A stretch of DNA of 63,105 nucleotides, filler included, from Nemertoderma westbladi (Eukaryota; Animalia; Xenacoelomorpha): NCBI GenBank assembly GCA_032718475.1. It is 4 parts of 4 records of this genome, joined end to end, with 100 filler letters (N's around TTAATTAATTAA, not from the genome) between each part and the next. Parts side by side here need not be neighbours in the genome. Positions count along the whole stretch, not along the records: positions 1 to 24,327 come from JAUCBJ010003617.1; 3 more parts are not named here. One strand, 5' to 3'. Positions 1-10,175 of the stretch are shown here, one piece after another. Within the stretch, counting starts at the first letter, position 1. The number at the start of each line of letters is the position of its first letter. The notes under the pieces were generated by a model, which was not told the origin of the DNA, searched no databases, and saw nothing but the letters and a program-made list of their open reading frames with translations. A program made the position numbers and the translations under genes.

Positions 1-339
1 GAATGATTTGACAAAATTTCGCCTGATAGTTATGTTGCCCCATCTTTGTGCTATCATATAAAAAACGTGAATTGATTAAATTCAAAACTGTAAAAGCCTT
101 AGGGTTTTAAGCACAACCAAGTTTTTTCATTGTTATTTAGTATTAACTAATATTAATTAGCGAAAAATAAAATTTTTCTAATTTTTCATGTAGAATAGCA
201 ATAATGTTAGGTACCTACTGTATATTACATGCTATATTCCAAATTATAGCCAAATCCAAGCAATTTTGAAGCGCTGGAAGTTATAAATCGAAGAAGTTGT
301 CCGAAAATGCAGATTAAGGGGGGTGCTAACCCCCCTTAA

Positions 340-800
340 CCCCACCCCACCCCAATGCATCAGGCAATGTCTCAGCATGAACGATGAACATGCTTCAAAG
401 GGTCGTGTTCTTAGACTTGATGAAACTGTAGAAGGAACCAACAAGCTGGTTCGTAAAGTTATTCTAGAGAAACAACCTCCTCCACAGGCTGCAGATCCTT
501 CAATTCTTCTAAAGGAGTCAATTCCAAGGAGATCAATGCCGAAACAGTCCTGAGAAGTGTACTACGGATTCATGGAAATGCAGTAGGGCCCTCTGGATTG
601 GGTTGGAAGCATATTATATTAACAAAGTTTAGGAAATGCTCCACAGACTTGTGATGCACCATTGCCACAATGACGAGGCGGATTTCGAAAACCTCTGTTC
701 CTCCACGCAGCTCGTAGGTCATCCCGTAGACCCCCAGTGCGACATTCTACTGTATAAAGGAGAGGAGATTATCCAATGCGGATACAATGCTGCAGACTTC
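340..800 (+). mobile_element. Degenerate fragment of a CRE-like non-LTR retrotransposon ORF
   Basis: Broken frames read GRVLRLDE..VRKVILEKQPP..ADPSILL and HGNAVGPSGL, resembling the pre-RT region (L..KHP; G.AGPSG) of CRE-clade LINEs; followed by a T-rich tract. Confidence 0.4.
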
Positions 801-2045
801 AATTTAGATTTTGTTTTGAAATGTTTTACAATCACTCCATTTTTCATGTACAACTCTAGCTATGCTCCTCTGTGCTGCAATCTTTTCCTTTTTCACTTTA
901 TTACTAAATATATTTTAAGAAGAGGGCTTATAAATTTTTACTCATTCAGTGTTTATTGATACTTTGTATTTACGTGTACTTGTGTAGGGCTACTATAATA
1001 TGCTATTCATTTAAACTTTTACAGTTTTTAGTTTTCAGTATTATTATTATTATATCATTATTTTACTACTGTTTTAAAAAAATACAGATAACATGGCATA
1101 TAACATTTCTAAGAAATAGTAGTTTGTACAAAAAATAGCGGTGGGCACCCATAAAGTTGCCAATTATTAAAAAATTTATAGGACTGCAGAGTTTATCCAT
1201 CAATTGTTTATATTACAGCACATAGTTATGCCATTCAATATAGGCTACTTCTCTAGTAGCCGCTCAAATTAAAAATGTAACTTACTGAGCGCGTATTTCA
1301 TGTGTTTTGTTCTGTGAATAATATTTATGTTATTTAATTCACTCTAGCATAACCAATGCTATAGCAGGTAAATAATACAAATGGTCAATTAATTAGTAAT
1401 CACTTTTTTCCATTGCAATCAATTATCCAATTAATTGCGTCTGTCCCATCCAATTATCCAATTATTTGCGTCTGTCCCATCCAATTGTTTTGAAATTGCA
1501 AATAAATAAATATGAGCCAATTAATTGCAATTAATTGTATAACAAGTTAATTTTTGATGAACCTTGACCTCCAACCGATTATTATAAATAATGAACAATA
1601 TAGATAGCAGTTGTCTGTTACAATTTATTATTTTACAATCCTCTACAAAACTAAATAAATTCAAAATATACAAAGTGTCAATCAGATTGAATCAGTTTAG
1701 TATAACATTGGCGTCTCATGCGAATGTATATCATACTGTATGGTAAGTGCTGCAACTTAGGACTGGTCTAGGACACCAACACCCCCCCCCCCCCCCCCCC
1801 CCCCATCCAACCCCTTACTGGACCTAGGCCCTGGCCTAAATTCCGTGTGATTCGGATCGGGCTTAACAGATATTGGGTCTTTGTCAAAAATTTCAAAATT
1901 TAGGACTTCGTTGTGAATACGGATAGGACGACACTGGGGACTTTAGACAGTGACTTAGGTCAGGACCGAGTTTCAGGAGAGGTCAGGAGAGATGCTTTAA
2001 GGCCCGGTTTACAATCCGTTATAAATTAATATCAATAAAACTTAC

Positions 2046-3247
2046 AATCAGTAGGTTGCATTGGGTTAACAATAAGTGTTTTCCCACGATCCTGAAAACG
2101 AATTCTACCATTATCTTCATCCTTTGCATAAATCAAATTCTGATCACTCGGTAGAATCCATCGTTCTATTGCAAAGTTCGACGAATCTCCATTGGTTTCT
2201 TTGCAAGTAACTGTTAAACTGTAACTTTTTTTATCACTATTTAACCCTTGTTTATGAGTGACAACTAACTCAGGTGGTTTGCAGGTAGTTTTTTCGGGAT
2301 TAAAAGGCTCGAGCTTAACGACAAGATTTCCTGCATACTTATCGTTACTTGGTATACGACACTCAACCTGATCTTTAATGGCGTTACTGAGAGGGACGCT
2401 GGTATCAATAAGCAACGTTTGCATTGGTTCTGCCAGGCAATCGCATATATACGGATTATTGTCAACACGAACCAAAGTTTTACTAAAATTGATTCCTTTA
2501 AACATTCGCTGAGATATGAACATTATAAGGCCGTGATCCATTCTCAACTCAGTTAAGGTATCTTTAATGAAAATGAATGCGTCGGTTTTTATGAAGTATA
2601 AACCACTATTGTGACTCAAATCAAGAAGCGTCACTTTCGTACCTTTCAGCATCCCTTTCTCCAAAGTTGTGATTCTGTTGTGAGAGAGATCGAGAACACG
2701 CAATTCAGGAAGTCCAATATTGTAACCATCGGGAATATCATATATATTATTATGACTTAAATCAAGATATCGTAAATAGTACAAATATAGCTCCGAAAAA
2801 CTGGTAAGACCATTCCAACGCAACTCGAGAGTTCGGAGATACTTGGAATTCTTTAATTCTGAAATGATATTCAATCCATTGGTGTTATACTGACCTTGCA
2901 GGGACAGTTTTTTTAAGCCATCATGATAGTACAACACATCTTTGATTGGGAAGTCTCCTCTCAGATGCAATTCCGTCAACATCGACCGAAAGGGATATAA
3001 CTGTTTGGAGGTGGCTCTCAAACCCTCAACATTAAGAACTTCAATTTTCGAGGCGGTGTCGGCTGTTAATCCGATACCTTCCGGCGTTAACTCTTTCGCA
3101 AGAATCGGATTATCCCCTATAAGTAGCCGGCGAACTGATCCCGGGAGATACTTGAGCGATTTTATCCTTGAATTTCTCAAATCAATGAATGAACATCTGT
3201 CAGGGGATAACCTTTGGAAATCTTGCATCGATAGACTGAAGGTGGAT
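2046..3247 (-). CDS. Exon 2 of an extracellular leucine-rich repeat plus Ig-domain protein (LRR-LRRCT-Ig)
   Basis: LRRs (LRYLDLSHNNI, LRVLDLSHNRITTL, LLDLSHNSGL), LRRCT (NNPYICDC...VECRIP) and the start of an Ig domain (LTVTC...W...GKTLIV..MQPTD). Acceptor ttattatAG at 3249-3248; donor GTAAGT at 2045-2040 (phase 1). The next exon was not found in the window. Confidence 0.88.
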
Positions 3248-4229
3248 CTATAATAATAATGAGTTAAATTATTGTGAAACAGGTTTAGATATATTTTGGT
3301 AGTTATCACTATGTAAAATTAATTGTTGTGTCTATATACTGTATGAAATAAATTAAAACCAGAATAATGAGTTTAAACGATTTACATGGCACCATCTAGA
3401 GTTAAGGGATAGATCCATGTTGTTAAAACCATGGATGGTCCATAGCCGGTACTGCAGGTTAGATCGTCTTGGTACCGGTACAATAGTCATACAGTAGATT
3501 GCAGGATTGTATGGACCAATACTGTAGCAAAACCAATGCTGATTTCAGTTGAGTTCAATTTGTTTATCTGACTCTGTGATAACTGATTAACTTCCTCGAA
3601 TGAGTTTAACTCGGGCGCTAATGCGATTTTCATTCCCAGACCCGGGCCAAGTAACTCAAAATCTTGAGATTGACCATGAAATAAACTTCAAGGTGACTTT
3701 GAAACTTAAGTTTTACCTTGACTACGATTTTCTTGAGTTTCAGTCAAGCGGGTAACTCAAAGCAATATGCCTACTTAGTCAAGGTGAAACTTGAAATTTC
3801 AAGGCTCACCTTGAGTATTAAAGATGGATGACATATTTGTTTATTTCAGCAGTTGCCTAGGTTATGCAGTGAAACCCAATGTATAATCCCTGCAATATAC
3901 AGTTGTGGGCCTATTCAATACAGTACAGTATAGGTTAAACACACTGTTGCAACACTTTGGCAATGGTAATTGCGATAACCCACGGAACTTATAAACAGTT
4001 GTTTAGAAGGCTGTAGATAGTTTTAGTTTACCGACTACAGTAGCCTGTGAGGGTGAGCAATGAAGTACTTAAGGGGGGGGGGGGGGGGGGGGGGTTATTT
4101 TTCGATACCCATTTTTTGAAACCATTGCTTGTTCATTTTCGGCCACTTTTTGTGTTTTAATTTTCTATTTCTGATAATTGGCAATATTGGAAATATTATT
4201 TAATCAAGAAAACTGGCCGAAACACCCTA

Positions 4230-5447
4230 ACACTCGGGTCCCCAATGCGACAAGGTGAGCTGACAGCCTTGGCAGATAAGCTTTCTCTTAGCGCAGTGGG
4301 TGTTCAAGAGCACCGAATGCAGACTGGACAGACTGATGAGGTTCTGATCAAGGACATGGGGGGCGGTTGGCGACTCGCCCTCGCGTCAGCAGATGATAGT
4401 GGCAATGGTGGAATTGGTCTATTGATGAATCCAACTGCACATGCAGCATTGGACAAAATAGACCAAATCTCTAACCGCATCATCCGTTGCCACTTCTCAT
4501 GTTCTGGAAGACTGGCTAAGAAGTTTCCTAAGGTGGTTCTGATTGTGTGCTACTCTCCAACTAGTGTTGCCCCTGTAGAGGAGGTGGAAAATTTCTACCA
4601 GAATCTACAATATATGCTCACGTATGTTCAGCATACTTTCATTATATGGGATTCCTGATGAAATTATTGCAGCAATCAGATCAGTATACGATGGTTCGAC
4701 AACATTTGTGTCTACTGTTGACGGTGACACAGAACCATTTGAAGTATTATGGAGTGTCCTCCAAGCAGACACACTTGCACCATTCTTGTTCATTATTGTG
4801 GTTGACTATGTTCTACACATGTCCTTAGATCATCATAATGATGATGGGGTGATAATAACTCCACCTACTGGCTCCAGAAGTCGAGGAAATCCTGCCAAGT
4901 ACCTAACTGATCTAGACTTTGCTGATGACTTAGGAGTACTCTCAGAATCATTAGAGGGAGCCCAACGGCTCCTCAGCTCATTAGAACATGCTGCTTCTAG
5001 TGTTGGTCTTTTTATTAACTCCAGAAAGACCAACATTTTGACAGTTAACTTTGAAAGTCCTCAGCAAGTCTCTGATCGGATGAGCATAAGCTCAAAGGAT
5101 GGTATGCTTGAGCATGTGGACGACTTCTGTTACCTGGGATCATGGATCCGGAAGTCAGGTGAGCACCTTCGAATACGTAAGGGGAAGGCATGGGCAGCCT
5201 TGAATAGGCTTTCCAGGATTTGGAAGTCACCGTGAATTAATCGGAAACTTAAGGTCCGATTATTTAGAGCAGCAGTAGTTCCAGTACTCCTCTACGGTAG
5301 TCCATGCTGGGCTCTAAATGCTGATGACACCAAATCTCTGGATGGCGCATTCACAAGAATGCTACGCGGGGTTCATTGTGTCAAGTACAATGCACACATC
5401 TCCAACCAGACACTATATAACATTGGAGGTGTCTCATTGGTTCCCCC
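4230..5447 (+). mobile_element. Internally deleted RTE-clade LINE (APE endonuclease fragment joined to RT fragment), inside LRR gene intron 1
   Basis: APE motifs VGVQEHR, GGIGLL, VCYSPT; RT motifs YGIP, VLQADTLAPFLF, LDFADD, YLGS; premature stop at ~5233; near-identical to the copy at 30140-31150. Confidence 0.9.
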
Positions 5448-5460
5448 AAAAAAACTTAAA

Positions 5461-5990
5461 TGAATTGGAGTTGAGCTGTTTCAACTGTAATTAAAGGTGT
5501 AATATTATGGTTTTGTTCAGAAATGGAAAAAATGAGAAAGCGCGTCACCGGGGGTTGAACCAGCGCTCTACGTACGTTTCAGCCTATCAGGACTCATCAG
5601 TAGCGCTAACCAGTTCAGCCACTTGTCCCTGACATTCACCACCCCACCTCATCCACTTCTATTGAACATGCAGTCTTAAGTTGTATATCCTATCTCTAAC
5701 AGCGGACCTACCGGCCTCACGTATGTTAGAGTGAAACAGGAGGAAAGTAAAATGTACTTTCCTCCTGTTTCACTCTAAACTCTAACATACTTGAGGCCGG
5801 TAAGTCCGCTGTTAGAGATAGGATATGCAACAACAACTAAGACTGCCCGTTCAATAGAAGTGGATTAGGTGGGAGGGTGAATGTCAGGGACAAGAGGCTG
5901 AATTGGTTAGAGCTACTGATGAGTCCTGATAGGTGACGGTGACGCGCTTTTCTCATTTTTTCCATTTCTGAACAAAACCATAATATTACA
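5461..5990. mobile_element. Palindromic (foldback) non-autonomous element, probably a Penelope-like pLTR inversion, flanked by a 15-bp direct repeat
   Basis: Arms 5496-5749 and 5755-5992 are reverse complements; extra 35-bp tail at 5461-5495; CCAAAAAAACTTAAA at both 5446-5460 and 5991-6005. Confidence 0.75.
5560..5610 (-). ncRNA. Minimal type I hammerhead ribozyme-like motif
   Basis: Minus strand reads GTTAGCGCTA CTGATGA GTCCTGATAGGCT GAAAC GTAC GTA GAGCGCTGG: conserved core CUGAUGA/GAAA, palindromic stem III ACGTACGT, GUA cleavage triplet, stem I AGCGCU pairing. Stem II is imperfect. Confidence 0.65.
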
Positions 5991-6477
5991 CCAAAAAAAC
6001 TTAAAAATACAAATTCTGCATATTGGGTTATCTAAACATTAGCGCAATAAGCACTATAACCAATAACCACCGCATAAAATATAACGAATTAATATTAGTC
6101 GGTTGCCATGGAAACAGAAAAATCTATGATGAATAAACTCTCTCTATTGTTGTAGTTGTCCAATGTATTTGAAGGCCACCTCATTCAAGGCCACTTAGAT
6201 ACCAATATCTCACGAAATATTGTTTGCCATGGAAACATTACCCTTTAAAATTTCATGATTACCAACATGCGTTTTTAGGGGTCAACTATCATGACTATGT
6301 GGGTTATTTGTGATCTTCAATCGCGGCCTACAGGATCACATTAGCCACCAACTATTATTAAAATACCAATTAAAACACTAAAAAAATAAAAAAACCAGTT
6401 GAACTCAATTGGTTTCAATTTAAAATATATTACAGGTCCTGGTGTATTTTATATAAATGGAATTAGTTGTAACTCAC

Positions 6478-7127
6478 TCTTTGTCGTTGCGATTATTGTT
6501 AGCAATGAAATTTCCTACACTTTTCAAATCATCTTTTTGCATCATTGACAGGAATCCATTCAGAAAGCCGATCTTTGCGTTGGTAAATGATAGATATTTA
6601 ATGGTTCCAAACATCGCTGGTAGAGTTAAATCACTTTCGGCCGTTTCTTTTCCAGCAACATTGAGAACAACGAGAGCTGGGAAAATATTTTTAGAGAATA
6701 ATTCTCCCAGCACTGAATGACTCTTTATCTCGGAAAGAGACAGGAAGGAAACTTTCGGAAACGGTGATGCCAATATTGAGTTCACCAATGCTTTGTCAAT
6801 GTTGGCGTGTCTCGGAGGTGAATTAATAATTGACAAAGATCTTAGTTCCTTCATTTCCTTCACCCCAGGTAATGAATTGAAATTATCTTTCCAATAAGTA
6901 GCATCTACACTGATACCAACAATCACATTACTTTCTTTCACATAGCCTTCGATAAAAAACTCGATGGATTTGTGTCCTCGTGCGACGCAATCGAGGACGA
7001 CTCCATCGCATGTATCACCACACAATTCAGGACTGCATGGCGTGTGCGTGGCTTTCTTCTCTTTACTTTGATTAGATTTTTCCAAAAGCAACATTCCAAG
7101 TATAAAAAGTTTTTTGTAACAAAACAT
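6478..7127 (-). CDS. Exon 1 of the same LRR-Ig gene (signal peptide, LRRNT cap, degenerate LRRs)
   Basis: Hydrophobic N-terminus MFCYKKLFILGMLLL and Cys cap PCSPELCGDTCDGVVLDC. Donor GTGAGT at 6477-6472 leaves phase 2 (GA), completed by the first base of exon 2 (GAA, Glu) in the correct frame. Confidence 0.8.
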
Positions 7128-7570
7128 TGTAACGAAATTATTTCTATACCGGTATAGTAAGTATGTCGAGAAAGAGAGGGTGGAATGGACTCAAATACTG
7201 TACCATCTCAGCAAACGAATATCTCGCCTCATTGGTAAATTATAAATTAACCCTATTTGGCCCGGTGTGGGGGGGGGGGGGTGGGCATTTTATACATTTT
7301 TTGTAGTTTATCTGTATTACATGTTTGTTGGAAAACCGAGATAACGCCAACTCCATTTACATCCCTATAATTTTTTTTTGTAATTTTCGTTCTTGGGCAC
7401 CAGAATGGCACCGAAATTGGGTTTGCATTACCAGAAATATTTATAACTAGTTTCATCGTAATCAGCGACCTCGAAAACCTATATACCTTCAGAAATATTA
7501 AAAACCAAACACAAAATTTTTTATTTTTATTTATTTTAAATTTATTTTAAATCTATAAATTAAATTTAAC

Positions 7571-7754
7571 CATAAAATTGAGTATCTTACTTAACGAGGA
7601 TGTTTCAATTACGTCCATTGACCAAATTGCAGCAAATGAAAATTTATAGAACTCTCCCCATATCAAAATATCTAAATATTGTAAAAAAAAATGGCCTCTT
7701 TTTAAGAGGTCACTTCAAGTGACCTGTTAGGCCGTATAAATATAGTAGGCCATG
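7571..7754. mobile_element. Terminal segment of a P-element-like DNA transposon (ends ...TAGTAGGCCATG)
   Basis: Reverse complement of 20289-20474, which begins CATGGCCTACTA upstream of a P-like transposase remnant. Confidence 0.5.
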
Positions 7755-8743
7755 CCTGTACATTTAGTATTGTATTTGGTGTTATTGTTTACGTGGTAAC
7801 CCATGACGGCGTTAGTAATGTCCACAAAGGGGACATTACTTAACGCCATCATTGGATACCACGTAAACAATAGGTGGAAATTTTCGAAATGGAGATTAAA
7901 AACTTTGAGCTAGAGAGAGCCAATGGGCCCCTTACGATGATGGTGTGGTATCTGCATTTTGACTATGCTGCGAGGGGCGAATCTACATTATCATTTAGCC
8001 GATTCGCCCAACCCCAACATTAACCTTCCAAGTCAAATGTCCATATATGAATTCTGAATATCTGACTAATACAGTTGGCCACGATATCAACTGCTCAGCC
8101 AGTAGGTGTGGTACAGTAAGACTGTAAGGCCTGGCTAAGCGCTACCCCGGAGCAGCCTGTGATCCGACTGACTGACTGATCGGCTACCAGTAGGTGTGAT
8201 ACTGTCTGGGTTGGTTGGTCACTGCTAAGGGGAACTCTCGTTAGGTCCCAGTCTCGGGGCTGTGGGAAACACAATGCTAGACCCAAGGTCTGGCGATAAA
8301 TACATTTTTTTGTATTACGAGCTATTTTAAATTTAAAAAAATTACTAGCTATTTGTTCTAGAACAATAATTTTTTTATTTTATTTTTGTTCTAGAATAGT
8401 GTATATTATATATTCTTTGTTCTAGAACTCTTCACTGTTGCCATGGTAACAATGATTTATGTTATAAAAATGCAGTTCTATACGGAACTGTTAGGCCTAC
8501 CATTTTAAGAACACTAGCTACCATAATACAAAATAATAGCTAAAGGCTCTCAGAAGGTGAATTGTATGTTCTAGAACATATATAGGTTTTTAGGTGATTT
8601 TCAAAAATTTCAAAATTGGGTATATAAATTTTCAATACGTATCCATATCGTATTAGTGCAAAAATAATAATAGTGATAAATTTTTTTTAATTTTTACAAA
8701 AAAATATAGCCATTTTTATTTTTAGCCATTTCATCATGAGGTT

Positions 8744-10175
8744 GGCACCACTGTGGAGTGGGTCACCATTTTAATTTTTTTTTATTGTGTATTTTAACCG
8801 ATATTATAAGTGTACTAAGTTTATTTAAATCTTGTTTCCAACTACAACACAATTCTAGAACGTTTATATTCATTTCATATTTTAAAGATTCATTTGTGTT
8901 TTTTGACATTATGAGTACAAACATTCAAAGACATTTATATTCGAGACAGTCCACTGATTTAAATATTATAGAAATTTCCCAAAATTTAAAAGATGAGGGG
9001 AGTGCGATAACATTTGCACAATCCTGTGGCCTGTTACCCATACCCACTAGTAAAAGTTCTTGCAAACATGTTGGTTGTAGCTACTCTGCCCACATTTTTA
9101 GACGTACAAAACACGGAGGTACTTGTCTAATGTGGCGTTGCAAAGGGCCACAAAGACACCAATTATCGGCAAGAAACGGGACGTGGTTTGGTGCATCTAA
9201 ACTACTAGTATCCCAGATTCTATGGATTACGTTTATGTTTCTTCAAGACATTACTTTGAACACAGCACACCTGATGCTCAATGGAATGATCGGAGGAATC
9301 AACGACCATACATTCGTTGATTGGCATAATTTCATTCGGGAACTAATGAATAGTGACATGCATAACGCTGAGCCAATTGGGGGAGTTGGGATGACAGTCC
9401 AGATCGACGAATCGATCTTTCGCGGTAAGCGTAAGTATAATCGTGGGAGGAAGCTGCTCGGGGATGTAACAAGAAGGAGAAAGATCTACAATAAACGAGT
9501 CAAAAAGATCTACAATAAACGAGTCGGTCAATTCAATACATCGGCAAGGAATTATGGTAAACGGGTAAATGGACCGTGGATTTTCGGAATTGTATGTAAA
9601 TCCCCAGGTGGCCAAGTGGATGTCCGATTGTTTTCTGTTCAACGTCGAAACATGCTGACCTTACGCCCAATAGTGGAAGCCAACGTTAAAGGAGGGACCC
9701 TAATCCATAGTGACGAGTGGGCCGCTTACTGTGGTAAGACTGTGGGAATCACTAGCAAGACAAGGCCATGGAGGGCCCTCGATGGCAGCGGCAAGTATTT
9801 ACACGAAAGTGTGAACCATAGTATCAAAGGCAAAGGCCGATTTGTGAACGTTGTCACGGGCGCCCATACGCAGCGGATTGAAGGAATATGGTCCCACGCC
9901 AAAACAACGATCATGAGGAAAAAGAGGGGAACGAAGAACTTGTTGCTCGAAAACCATCTCGCCGAGTTTCGTTGGAGGATGCTGCACAAAGTTTCTCCAT
10001 TTACTGATTTAATCGATTTAATCAAGAAATCATTCCCTACACAGTGACTCAAGCAACATTTCAAATTCACTTATTCTAATAAACAAAACTAATGTTTATA
10101 GTGTGTGTAAAAAATAGTAAATATATAATTGTATAAAATTAAAAAATAAATGGTGACCCACTCCACAGTGGTGCC
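8744..10175 (+). mobile_element. Merlin (IS1595/ISXO2-related) DNA transposon, apparently complete, 1432 bp
   Basis: Perfect 28-bp TIRs GGCACCACTGTGGAGTGGGTCACCATTT (8744-8771 and 10148-10175); 9-bp TSD CATGAGGTT (8735-8743 and 10176-10184). Confidence 0.93.
8911..10047 (+). CDS. Merlin/ISXO2-like DDE transposase (378 aa from the first ATG)
   Basis: Uninterrupted frame with an N-terminal Cys-rich zinc ribbon (CKHVGC...WRC), SARNGTWF, VQIDES, RKYNRGR, IHSDEWAAY, VNHS, HTQRIEGIWSHAK, HLAEFRWR. Confidence 0.92.
   Translation: MSTNIQRHLYSRQSTDLNIIEISQNLKDEGSAITFAQSCGLLPIPTSKSSCKHVGCSYSAHIFRRTKHGGTCLMWRCKGPQRHQLSARNGTWFGASKLLVSQILWITFMFLQDITLNTAHLMLNGMIGGINDHTFVDWHNFIRELMNSDMHNAEPIGGVGMTVQIDESIFRGKRKYNRGRKLLGDVTRRRKIYNKRVKKIYNKRVGQFNTSARNYGKRVNGPWIFGIVCKSPGGQVDVRLFSVQRRNMLTLRPIVEANVKGGTLIHSDEWAAYCGKTVGITSKTRPWRALDGSGKYLHESVNHSIKGKGRFVNVVTGAHTQRIEGIWSHAKTTIMRKKRGTKNLLLENHLAEFRWRMLHKVSPFTDLIDLIKKSFPTQ

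Noticed and set aside
2265-3253. Short overlapping or antisense ORFs over the LRR exon (similar cases over the TE ORFs)
   Set aside because: Shadow frames of real coding sequence, with no motifs
8758-10047. Bacterial IS1595 contamination, and the 429-aa ORF start
   Set aside because: The element is integrated with a TSD in a host repeat and fits eukaryotic Merlin; the listed GTG start lies inside the TIR, and the first ATG is at 8911
8750-10170. CACAGTG RSS heptamers plus Transib plus LRR/FREP genes as a RAG-like rearranging locus
   Set aside because: The heptamers at 8750 and 10164 are simply within the Merlin TIRs, no nonamers or gene segments are seen, and the Transib is a distant pseudogene
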